From positions 1 to 51,645 of the forward strand of contig JANWKP010000081.1 of NCBI GenBank assembly GCA_025451315.1: a stretch of DNA of 51,645 nt, in the 5' to 3' direction. Made by a program: the position numbers and the translations under genes. The DNA comes from Nitrososphaerales archaeon (GTDB lineage: Archaea > Thermoproteota > Nitrososphaeria > Nitrososphaerales > Nitrososphaeraceae). This document shows, one piece after another, positions 1 to 7,882 of this stretch; position 1 is the first letter of the stretch, and the number at the start of each line of letters is the position of its first letter. Below the pieces are notes generated by a model. The model did no database searches. It was not told the origin of the DNA and was given only the letters and a program-made list of their open reading frames with translations.

Positions 1-524
1 AGTTATCCTTATTTTATATTTACCTATTGCTACTCCATATTGAGCCGAAATATCAGGATTACTTTCAGATTGTTCTGTGGAAATCATTGCTGCATATTTA
101 CTATTTTGAAAGTCTGTATCAGAAAATGCTATATGGCATAATTCACCTTCATCTTTAGGTAGAATAGTCATACTAGGTAAAAGTTCATCCCAAATTAACC
201 GTTTTGTATCATAAGGTCTTATAGACGAATCACCTTCTAGGAAAATGAGTTTTGCTCTACAATTTATTGCAGTAGCTTTCCCTGTATTCTTTACATTAAT
301 TTTTAACCACTTTCTTTTTCCAATACTTTCGAGTTTTTCGTTCATTCTTTCTAATTCTGGTTTGAATTTTGCTGCTTGTTTTTTATCAAATTCTAATTTT
401 AATTGAGGTTTAAAAAAAAATTGAAATAAATTTCTTTTATCATTAATCCTGCTGAGATTACTACTCCTGTAATTCCCGTTGCCATTGCTATTAAAATATT
501 GTTTACTTCTATCGGTTCTAACAA
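1..524 (-). pseudogene. Membrane-anchored protein gene, frameshifted at an A9 run (412-420), truncated by the window edge
   Basis: TTG at 524 gives MLEPIEVNNILIAMATGITGVVISAGLMIKEIYFNFFLNLN* (stop at 401-399). The -1 frame is open from the homopolymer to base 1 (KPQLKLEFDKK...WLKINVKNTGKATAINCRAKL...). Confidence 0.65.
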
Positions 525-651
525 TATAACCAGCTATAAAGGAGGTTTTATTTAGAGTATTACTCATTAGTAATAACTAATATTTTTCGCTTAATCTCTC
601 ATATAGCTGTTTGGAAAAATAAATAATAATTAGAAAAGTATTATAATATGT

Positions 652-891
652 ATGAAAACAAACCATCTAATTATTTTGAGTGATATTAATTTTACCATAG
701 ATTTAGGTCTTTTGCTTGGTATTTTTACTTCAATAGCAATAATGGCTACATATATAGGAATATTGGAATATCGTTTTAGAAAAGTAGAAAAACACCCATT
801 TCTTAGAGCTATAAAGCAATTACAAGATGACCAATTAATAGATATGGCAAGAGGAATGTTAAGGAGAGATAACAATAGTGCCTCAAGATAA
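652..891 (+). CDS. Small single-TM membrane protein (possibly the N-terminal half of a gene frameshifted into 878..1114)
   Basis: 79 aa ORF with hydrophobic stretch LGLLLGIFTSIAIMATYIGIL; TTATAA just upstream. Confidence 0.6.
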   Translation: MKTNHLIILSDINFTIDLGLLLGIFTSIAIMATYIGILEYRFRKVEKHPFLRAIKQLQDDQLIDMARGMLRRDNNSASR

Positions 892-1114
892 TGTATTAAT
901 AAGAAGAGAATATTTGTTGGATAGACTAAAAGATAAAACTATCACCGAAAATGAAGCTCTCGAATTACAAAAAATTCTCTATGATGAAAGAAATAGAGCA
1001 GCACATGGAATTGGGGAAAGAGATGCTTTTATTGTTTTAGGAGCAGGAATTTTGCTTGGTTTAGTTGCCGATTATCTATCGAAAAATAAAACTTGGAAAA
1101 AATGGTTTAAATAA
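878..1114 (+). CDS. Small helical protein with C-terminal TM segment
   Basis: 78 aa, charged helices then FIVLGAGILLGLVADYL and a basic tail; overlaps the previous ORF. Confidence 0.6.
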   Translation: MPQDNVLIRREYLLDRLKDKTITENEALELQKILYDERNRAAHGIGERDAFIVLGAGILLGLVADYLSKNKTWKKWFK

Positions 1115-1175
1115 AATGTGACGACAGTTAACACTTTTTTAAAGAGACGGTATGTTAACAGAACCTAAAATAATA

Positions 1176-1187
1176 TTTTTTATATAA
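1176..1187 (+). promoter_or_regulatory. TATA-box-like element upstream of 1211
   Basis: TTTTTTATATAA ends about 24 nt before the ATG at 1211, typical archaeal spacing. Confidence 0.45.
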
Positions 1188-1210
1188 TTCCTATCTTTAT
1201 AAGAGCAACA

Positions 1211-2215
1211 ATGTTCTATAAGAATAATCAATATCTTCAAAATATAACATTTTTTATTCTACCGCTTTTTATGCTAATGATATTAATAGGCACTTTTACA
1301 ATTATTCCTTCTTTTGGGCAAAATAATAATTTAGATTGGAATCAAATCTGTAATTCGGTTGAATTTGCCTTATACAATTCATGTGATGAATATGTTAGTA
1401 GTTCTGGTCAACTTACATACGAAGGTGAAAGAGCAATGGGTTGTATCAGAAATGGATTACTCATTGGAGGAACAGCAGCCGGATTTAGTGTTCCATTAGA
1501 AATTATTGTTCCTGGTTTGGATATGTTAGCTGGAATGACAGGATGTGATGGAATAGTCAAATTAGATTTATTGTCTACAATAGGAAATCCGAGTCATCTA
1601 TTAGATATGTTCTCTCAAATGCCATCTCAAAATATTGTTACCAAAACTTTGCCCCATAATGATTTTGGTCCAAATACTTTATCTGACAAAACTATACCTG
1701 AAAATGATATTAGCGAAAATACTATTCCTCAAGAAGATGGGTTTCTTTTATTTAACAATGAATTGTTTAGTGTATATTTCCCATCAGATTGGGAATATGA
1801 AGAATTCCGTTATCTTGATGAACCAAATGTTATCTTTAAAGCCACAAACTATCCTGGAGGAGATATAATTCAAATTGCGACCTATAAGACTGAAGGTACA
1901 ACTTTAGATAACTTAATTTCAAATATAACTCAACAATTAAAACAGAATCCTTCCAATATTAAAGATATTCAGCCTACAGATATAAGTACAGAGAATATTT
2001 ACCTTGGAAACTATACTGCAGTAAAATTCAATGCAAAATTAAAAGTAAATAGTGAACTTAATTATTTTCAAAAACAAAAAATAACAGAATATACTACAAT
2101 TGCAAACGGTAAACAATACGTATTGATGTTATGGTCTGATAAAACCGACCCTACAGAAATAAATCCAATATTTGAAAGAATGGTATCATCATTGATATAT
2201 TTCCTAAAGGAATAA
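1211..2215 (+). CDS. Secreted protein: Cys-containing N-terminal domain plus PsbP-like domain (N-terminal part of a frameshifted gene)
   Basis: Signal/TM N-terminus; four Cys in a small helical domain; FxxFNNxxFSVYFPSDW...FERMVSS PsbP/DcrB-like pattern. Confidence 0.7.
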   Translation: MFYKNNQYLQNITFFILPLFMLMILIGTFTIIPSFGQNNNLDWNQICNSVEFALYNSCDEYVSSSGQLTYEGERAMGCIRNGLLIGGTAAGFSVPLEIIVPGLDMLAGMTGCDGIVKLDLLSTIGNPSHLLDMFSQMPSQNIVTKTLPHNDFGPNTLSDKTIPENDISENTIPQEDGFLLFNNELFSVYFPSDWEYEEFRYLDEPNVIFKATNYPGGDIIQIATYKTEGTTLDNLISNITQQLKQNPSNIKDIQPTDISTENIYLGNYTAVKFNAKLKVNSELNYFQKQKITEYTTIANGKQYVLMLWSDKTDPTEINPIFERMVSSLIYFLKE

Positions 2216-2235
2216 CCGATGATTTTAGCAATACC

Positions 2236-2748
2236 TTGCATGAAGATGATGAAACAACTCAAGATTTTTCAGTATATGAAAACTCAACATTTGGAATTAA
2301 GATTAATTATCCAAAAAATTGGACTATAGAATCACAGAAAGAAGAATATCCTCTAACAAATGTAGCAATTTTTTATTCTCCTGAAAATAAAGATTATGTT
2401 CAAGTCCATATCTATACTTATGATTATACTAATACAGAAATTGAATCGTTAAGAGAATTATTGAATGACGCTATTGATAGTTTTACTTTACCTCCTAATG
2501 ACTTTCCTGAATTTAAACTCCTTCGTACAAGTATTACAAGTACAGATAATTTAGCTGGTATGCCAGCCTACGTATTAGAAGGAGACTATAAAGACCCAGA
2601 ATTTGGAAAACAAATGATATTAGAGCAAGGCATGATAAAAGATAATATAAACTACTATATACGATATTTTGCAAGCCCTTCACAGTATCAAAATTATTTG
2701 GATGAAGTAGAATCTATGATTCAGTCATTTGAAATACAAAATAATTAA
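2236..2748 (+). CDS. PsbP-like domain (probable C-terminal part of 1211..2748)
   Basis: FSVYENSTFGIKINYPKNW...MIQSFEI pattern typical of thaumarchaeal PsbP-like repeats. No signal peptide; frame is open upstream to 2176, overlapping the previous ORF. Confidence 0.7.
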   Translation: MHEDDETTQDFSVYENSTFGIKINYPKNWTIESQKEEYPLTNVAIFYSPENKDYVQVHIYTYDYTNTEIESLRELLNDAIDSFTLPPNDFPEFKLLRTSITSTDNLAGMPAYVLEGDYKDPEFGKQMILEQGMIKDNINYYIRYFASPSQYQNYLDEVESMIQSFEIQNN

Positions 2749-3226
2749 GAAAAGATTCAAGTAAATGGAAATTACTCAGGCTATAATCAAGCAGAAAGAG
2801 AATAAACTATACTGAATAATGATTCTGAGAAGTTCAATAATATGAAATCTCAGTTCATGAAATAAAAGTAGATAATGGTCTATTATTCTCAAAATAGAAG
2901 ATACAGGAAAAAGATAACAACCATATTGAGAACTTAAAGATTCATTAGACTCCAATTCACTCCTTCCTTTTCCATACGATTGGCCACTTTATTAAGGTGT
3001 ATTGTATTTTAATATCTGATTGCTACACAAAAGAGCACTAAAAAAGAAAGTATCAATATAATGATAGCATACATACTATGATTGCAATTAAAAGAAAAAC
3101 AAAAAAAGTATTCATTTTTAAAATTCATTTTCATTTTTTATCGAACCTAAAAAATATCCTATTGAATATATTCGAAAGAATATTTCATTATATTTATCAA
3201 TAAGTGACTATTAATCTTTTGTAATA

Positions 3227-3589
3227 TTGTCCAGATGGAAAATCATTGGTTTGATTGTATTGATAGTTGCTATTACACTTGTACTAGGTATTCTTTTTAC
3301 TTTTATTTCACATTCTTCAGAATGTGATGAAAAATTATCACAGTCCAATATAGAAGCAGATGAAATTAATAATGAAGCAGAAGTATTAAACAAAGAAAGG
3401 GATAATTTCAACAAAGAGGTCGCAGCCTATAATCGAGAATGGCTTCATTCACCAGCATCTACTCAACAAATGGAACAAATGAGAGATGAGTTGCATGATA
3501 ACGTGATTAGACACGAAGAAAAACTAAAGAACTATGATAGTAAATTGGAATTGTTAAAAGATGAATGTGCTATAATTACAGAAAAATAA
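3227..3589 (+). CDS. Membrane-anchored coiled-coil protein
   Basis: N-terminal TM helix then heptad-rich helices bracketed by two Cys (SECDEK...KDECAI). Confidence 0.7.
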   Translation: MSRWKIIGLIVLIVAITLVLGILFTFISHSSECDEKLSQSNIEADEINNEAEVLNKERDNFNKEVAAYNREWLHSPASTQQMEQMRDELHDNVIRHEEKLKNYDSKLELLKDECAIITEK

Positions 3590-3600
3590 ATTTTATTCTA

Positions 3601-4557
3601 TTATACTAATACTTCTAGTAATCTTTGATAATCATCATTTCTAATAAATTCGACCAATAAATTTTTAAATAAAATACCAGGATTTTCTTGAATTTCTAAT
3701 CTAATAATAATATTTCTGTTTAACTTTAATTCTTTACTATAAATACGAATAAAAAGATTTTTGGCCATTTTCCAACAGCATTGGAATTTTTCCCCAGAAT
3801 ATTCTTCATATGAATCTCTATGTAGATGCCAGAGAGTTATCGCCCAATCATCTATAGTTGGAATTTTGATATTAGATGAATTATATTCTGAATTGAAAGT
3901 TTTATTACTTGGGTCATTTACTACTGCAGATAATCTTTCTTCAATTCTTGTTAATGCTTCGCTTAATCGCATTATTCCATCAAAGTCACAGATAATAGGA
4001 TTATTAGAACATCTTACACTTACATTTACAGTATCAGTATCTTGAACAAATATCCTAATTGATAGATATCTTTCTATTTGATAATAGCCAAATGATATAG
4101 TCTTTTTTGAATTAGTTCTCATTTTATAATAATCGATAGCTGATAAATACTTCCAGAATCCCTCTGAGTTAAATGATAGATGGATATCATGTAACCTCCT
4201 TTTACCAAATACTATATCTTTTATCATATTGTATAGTGGATGTTTTCTTATTGATTTGTACAATTCATGTTTACTTTTATTATAAAGAATGATATCCGTG
4301 GTATTGTCTGTCATTAACTTGTCTTTTCCAAACTTCTTTCCAGGTAAGCTATAGAATGCTATTGTATCCATATAACATGGTTCTATCTTTCCTTCTCTCC
4401 TAAACTTTGATAATTTATTCCTTATAGTACCATGACTTGAATTATAGGATTGTCCATCAACTTCAAAATGAAGTAAATCCCTAAAACTGAATGGTCTATA
4501 CTCTTTATTTACTATATGTTGAATATGGTTTAGCATTGCATTATCTAATTCACTCAT
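3601..4557 (-). CDS. Putative replication initiator: N-terminal wHTH-like region plus Rep_trans-like catalytic region
   Basis: HGTIRNKLSKFRREGKIE resembles a wHTH helix/wing. C-terminal ITLWHLHRD, FIRIYSK and IRLEIQ occur in the order of the RepD motifs FTRLDLAFD, FIRIYNK and WRVEIE (recalled, not searched). Confidence 0.55.
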   Translation of the reverse strand: MSELDNAMLNHIQHIVNKEYRPFSFRDLLHFEVDGQSYNSSHGTIRNKLSKFRREGKIEPCYMDTIAFYSLPGKKFGKDKLMTDNTTDIILYNKSKHELYKSIRKHPLYNMIKDIVFGKRRLHDIHLSFNSEGFWKYLSAIDYYKMRTNSKKTISFGYYQIERYLSIRIFVQDTDTVNVSVRCSNNPIICDFDGIMRLSEALTRIEERLSAVVNDPSNKTFNSEYNSSNIKIPTIDDWAITLWHLHRDSYEEYSGEKFQCCWKMAKNLFIRIYSKELKLNRNIIIRLEIQENPGILFKNLLVEFIRNDDYQRLLEVLV

Positions 4558-4571
4558 TGCTGTTCCCTTAT

Positions 4572-4742
4572 CTATAAGGTGTAACTGTCACTGGAATTGT
4601 TATGATGACAACTACAATTACAAATTACTTGAATTCCTATTCCTGCCCATATTTTACAACAATTATAGTGTTTATTATATTTACAATCTTTACTGAGAAA
4701 TTCGATTGTAGAAGTTAAATTGTCATGTCTCTGATATGCCAA
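4572..4742 (-). CDS. 56-aa Cys/His-rich putative Zn-binding microprotein (not in the ORF track)
   Basis: TTG start at 4742 preceded by GAGGTG SD-like motif; MAYQRHDNLTSTIEFLSKDCKYNKHYNCCKIWAGIGIQVICNCSCHHNNSSDSYTL*; fills the gap between the RHH and Rep-like genes. Confidence 0.7.
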   Translation of the reverse strand: MAYQRHDNLTSTIEFLSKDCKYNKHYNCCKIWAGIGIQVICNCSCHHNNSSDSYTL

Positions 4743-4908
4743 CAGCTTCCACCTCTTTAATTTTTTTGAAATCTATCTCATCTAAAAGTCTGCAAATTAA
4801 CTCTGAAAAAGATTCGCCAAATCTTCCTTTTGTTTTAAGTCTATTATAGATGTCTTCTTTTAATAAAATAGTACATCTTCTGTATTTTGTATACTTGTTA
4901 TGATACAT
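4723..4908 (-). CDS. Ribbon-helix-helix (CopG/VapB-antitoxin-like) DNA-binding protein
   Basis: TILLKEDIYNRLKTKGRFGESFSELICRLL matches the archaeal RHH pattern TIxLxxxxYxxL...ESFSxxIxRL. Confidence 0.8.
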   Translation of the reverse strand: MYHNKYTKYRRCTILLKEDIYNRLKTKGRFGESFSELICRLLDEIDFKKIKEVEAVGISET

Positions 4909-5847
4909 TTAATAATGTATATTTTGATTAATTATGAGAAGGTTTTTCGGTATTTGAGTAACGAAAAGGCGAAAAACTCCACAAATTTAACTGAAAATGA
5001 AATAATGGCATTACTACAGTTAATGTTTAAATTAGGAGCTCAGTATAATAAAGTTTCTGTCTATGATTTGGATTCATATATCAAAAAATTTTATAATAAA
5101 TTTTCTTCTAAACGAGGCCTTCAACTTAAGTTTTTCTTGGAAACTGTGATGACTCTTGACCCTAACAAACCATATAAGCCGAAGGAATTAAATAAAATCA
5201 TTTCCAATAACTTTAGAAATTTTGTACCTAATTTGCTGAATAATTTAGGGTTGGTAAATGATGAGCAATTGATTTCTATAAAAAGAGATGATGTTTTGAT
5301 ATCTCCTAGAGATATGACTGAACTATTACAAATAATGACAGACGATTTAACTATTTTAGAAAAAATTAATGGAATTAAGAAAATAAAAAAAATCCAGGGA
5401 GTCCATCCTGGAAGGAAGGACAACACTATAATAACAAATTTTGAAGGATTTCCTTCTTGGTACAAATTATCTAAGGATTTTATTATTATTAAAAATCTAT
5501 TAAAGAAACCCGAATCATGTCTTATACTTAGAAATTTTATTAATAAAAATCAACATCTTAAAAATCATTTTATATTCAATCTTAACACAATCCATTTTAA
5601 TACCTCAGACTTACTGAATAAAAAAATAAAATCAGAAGACAAAGAAAGACTTCGAAATGAATTAACTAAAAAATTAAGTACACAACAAGAGGAATTAATT
5701 CATATACTTCATATGTTATTGCTTTTTAGTAGTAGAGAAGAAATATATAATTTATCTCGTAATTTCATAGATGCAATTTTATCTACTAATGATTATACCT
5801 ATTTATTATTTTTAATGAAATTTTTTGGTTTGGTTAACAAATTTTAA
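4900..5847 (+). CDS. Hypothetical protein, possibly wHTH-containing regulator (true start probably downstream, e.g. TTG 4954)
   Basis: 315 aa open frame. PRDMTELLQIM...GRK...GFPSWYKLS resembles a wHTH helix and wing. The ORF-track start collides head-to-head with the RHH gene. Confidence 0.6.
   Translation: MIHLIMYILINYEKVFRYLSNEKAKNSTNLTENEIMALLQLMFKLGAQYNKVSVYDLDSYIKKFYNKFSSKRGLQLKFFLETVMTLDPNKPYKPKELNKIISNNFRNFVPNLLNNLGLVNDEQLISIKRDDVLISPRDMTELLQIMTDDLTILEKINGIKKIKKIQGVHPGRKDNTIITNFEGFPSWYKLSKDFIIIKNLLKKPESCLILRNFINKNQHLKNHFIFNLNTIHFNTSDLLNKKIKSEDKERLRNELTKKLSTQQEELIHILHMLLLFSSREEIYNLSRNFIDAILSTNDYTYLLFLMKFFGLVNKF
4903..4920. promoter_or_regulatory. Candidate operator palindrome ATACATT-N4-AATGTAT
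   Basis: Perfect 7-bp inverted repeat overlapping the RHH start codon, between divergent genes. Confidence 0.4.
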
Positions 5848-5852
5848 ATTTA

Positions 5853-7115
5853 TTATCCCATATAATTTGGAGATTGAGGCTTAAGCTGACCACTTTCTAT
5901 CAAAGAGTGAATTAACTGTTCAAACTTTTCTTGTTTTTTAATTAATTGATTTATTTGTTCATCCTTTTCATGCAATTTTCCTTTAATTACGTAATCTTTC
6001 TCTTCATTCTTTTCTTGTAATTCATTAATTTTTTTTGAGAGCCTGTATTCTTCATTAACAGTTAGTAAATCTACTGCTTTGAGATAATCTTCTAAAAGTT
6101 GTGTTTCAGTAGGGCGATGATAATTGCCAGATTCTCCTAAGGAATGAGCCATTAACATCCTTATGTTATTATGATTCATAACTAATTGACAGTGAGTTTC
6201 AAAGAATTTACGGAATCCATGAACTCCTTTAAATTCATGTCTCTTTTGTCCATTTCCAAGTTGATTTCTAACTCCTACAACTTGCCACATAGATGAAATC
6301 ATATTTTTTATTGCAGTACTCTTTAGTTGTTCAGGTTCTGCAGCAAGACCTATCCTATGACTATATCTTTGATGAGTTTTTTGCCAAATATCTCGCATTA
6401 GCCAAGAATTACCATTTATTCTTTCACCATAGGATGCTCTATAATTAATCCATTCTTTTAGAGAATTATAAGCTTCAGGAGTAATAAATGAAAAATATTG
6501 TTCAGGCTCTCCAGCATATACTATTATTTTTGCAGCTACAATCTTACCTTCTCTTTCAATAGGTATAATATGTTTCCATTTAAGATATTCAAAAGCACCT
6601 ATTCTAATTCCTGAGGATATCATTGTATATACAATCGATTTAACACGCATGTCAGGATATTCAGTTAATTTTTTAATCTCATCTAAGGTCGGTGCTCTAT
6701 CATCTGCTTGTTCTCTTACTTTTGGCATTCCAATCTTTATTTTCTTCCATAAAACTAAATTGTCTATTTCATTCATTTGGCAAAATAATTTAATAACTTT
6801 GACATAATTTTTCAATGTACCAGCAGCAATTTCTTTTCGTTCTACTCTTTGTTTTTGATGCTCTACAAAACGAATAATTTGATTTTCAAGCCATTTTTTA
6901 ATTGAAAGTGCATGCTGAAATAAGAGATAAGCTCGTTCTTCCAAATCCTTATCTAATTCAAATTTAATAGTATCAACAAAAATTTTTAATAATTTCGGAT
7001 ATTGTCTCCTTACTTCTGGAGATTTTAAGGCATAAAGAAAATTAGCATAGGGAGTTATAGATTCATCACCCTCTTTTTCTTCTTTAAATGCATTTAATAC
7101 TTCCACAATATACAT
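5853..7115 (-). CDS. int: Tyrosine recombinase/integrase
   Basis: Catalytic set present: SSGIRIG (R), AAKI (K), HGFRKFF (HxxR), LMAHS (H), GNY (Y); C-terminal coiled coil; adjacent to tRNA 3' end. Confidence 0.93.
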   Translation of the reverse strand: MYIVEVLNAFKEEKEGDESITPYANFLYALKSPEVRRQYPKLLKIFVDTIKFELDKDLEERAYLLFQHALSIKKWLENQIIRFVEHQKQRVERKEIAAGTLKNYVKVIKLFCQMNEIDNLVLWKKIKIGMPKVREQADDRAPTLDEIKKLTEYPDMRVKSIVYTMISSGIRIGAFEYLKWKHIIPIEREGKIVAAKIIVYAGEPEQYFSFITPEAYNSLKEWINYRASYGERINGNSWLMRDIWQKTHQRYSHRIGLAAEPEQLKSTAIKNMISSMWQVVGVRNQLGNGQKRHEFKGVHGFRKFFETHCQLVMNHNNIRMLMAHSLGESGNYHRPTETQLLEDYLKAVDLLTVNEEYRLSKKINELQEKNEEKDYVIKGKLHEKDEQINQLIKKQEKFEQLIHSLIESGQLKPQSPNYMG

Positions 7116-7155
7116 TACTTACGGGTACATTTAAGGATTGTCTTGAAATTTCATT

Positions 7156-7245
7156 CGGGTTCGGTGGGATTCGGACCCACGACATTTTAACCCTAATGTA
7201 GACTGGTTAAGAGCCAGACGCTCTACCTGGCTGAGCTACGAACCC
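7156..7245 (-). tRNA. tRNA-Lys(CTT) with 16-nt non-canonical intron (7187..7202, position 42/43)
   Basis: Acceptor GGGTTCG/CGAACCC, D arm GCTC/GAGC, anticodon stem TCTGG/CCAG^A, loop CT-CTT-AA, T arm GTGGG-TCCGAAT-CCCAC. BHB-like AACC-AGT-CTA/TAG-GGTT-AAA. Confidence 0.92.
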
Positions 7246-7335
7246 TTAAAATGAGAATAATTTTGATAAAATAAATTCTTTTCTAGATGTTCTCCTCATG
7301 TTTTTATACCATTTTTATTAATTTTTTTGTTAGTA

Positions 7336-7825
7336 TTATTTTAACGGCAAAATGATTTGAAATTCATCGATAAGTTTAGTGCTTTTGTGTGAAATACATT
7401 CATAATAAAGGTAAGTCAATATTTGATTAATTCTATTTACGTCAAAGTGAGATATAAGATGGATTCGCAATTTCTCAAGCTTTGATAATATCAGACTTAC
7501 TTTAAAATGATTTATCTTCTTTTTTCTCTCACCATCTGAATGTAGTTCATGAGTTAAATCCGATTCATAATGGGTGGGGGTTAATGGTGAACGAGATGGA
7601 GAATGGTTGTTATGGTTTATATAAAATCTAGGGCTAATGTTGTAAATACCAGAAAATCTTCTCCTCTCAAAATTATCCTTTATAATTTTAGATGAATGTT
7701 CGAAACTATGCACTCCAGAATTTTGATAATTTTTTTTGCCTCGGTGAACAGTATTAATGTGTCGCTCAAAGTTCCATTTTCGCGAAATCTCTCGCTTACA
7801 TATGCTAGACATAAGGACGTCTCAT
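7336..7825 (-). pseudogene. C2H2 zinc-finger protein, first Cys lost by an apparent 2-nt deletion (residual ORF 7336..7812)
   Basis: ATG at 7825 reads MRRPYV*; the shifted frame continues SICKREISRKWNFERHINTVH. Restoring TGT gives MRRPYVCSIC...H...H. Confidence 0.6.
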
Positions 7826-7882
7826 ACCGTCCAACAAAAAGATAGTGAGCATTTAAAAGATCTAATTAAAAATGTTAAATTT

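Larger units (their letters stand above)
1..7155. mobile_element. Integrated element (one end) adjoining the 3' end of tRNA-Lys(CTT); other boundary outside the window
   Basis: Intact tyrosine integrase starts 41 bp from the tRNA discriminator base, followed by RHH regulator, Rep-like gene and orphan membrane/secreted genes. No copy of the tRNA 3' end (plus-strand cgggttcggtggg) seen in 1-7100, so the second att site is not in the window. Confidence 0.8.

Noticed and set aside
2749-3140. Coding-like sequence after the PsbP ORF and a 41-codon hydrophobic minus-strand ORF
   Set aside because: Interrupted by several stops and no recognisable family; possibly a relic but not supportable.
1161-3157. 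Shared GAACCTAAAA(T)AATAT at 1161 and 3143 as att or operator sites
   Set aside because: Wrong orientation and sequence for the tRNA-Lys att, AT-rich, and at different distances from start codons.
4723-4908. RHH gene as the antitoxin of a VapBC pair
   Set aside because: No adjacent PIN-domain toxin; the context fits a copG-like regulator better.
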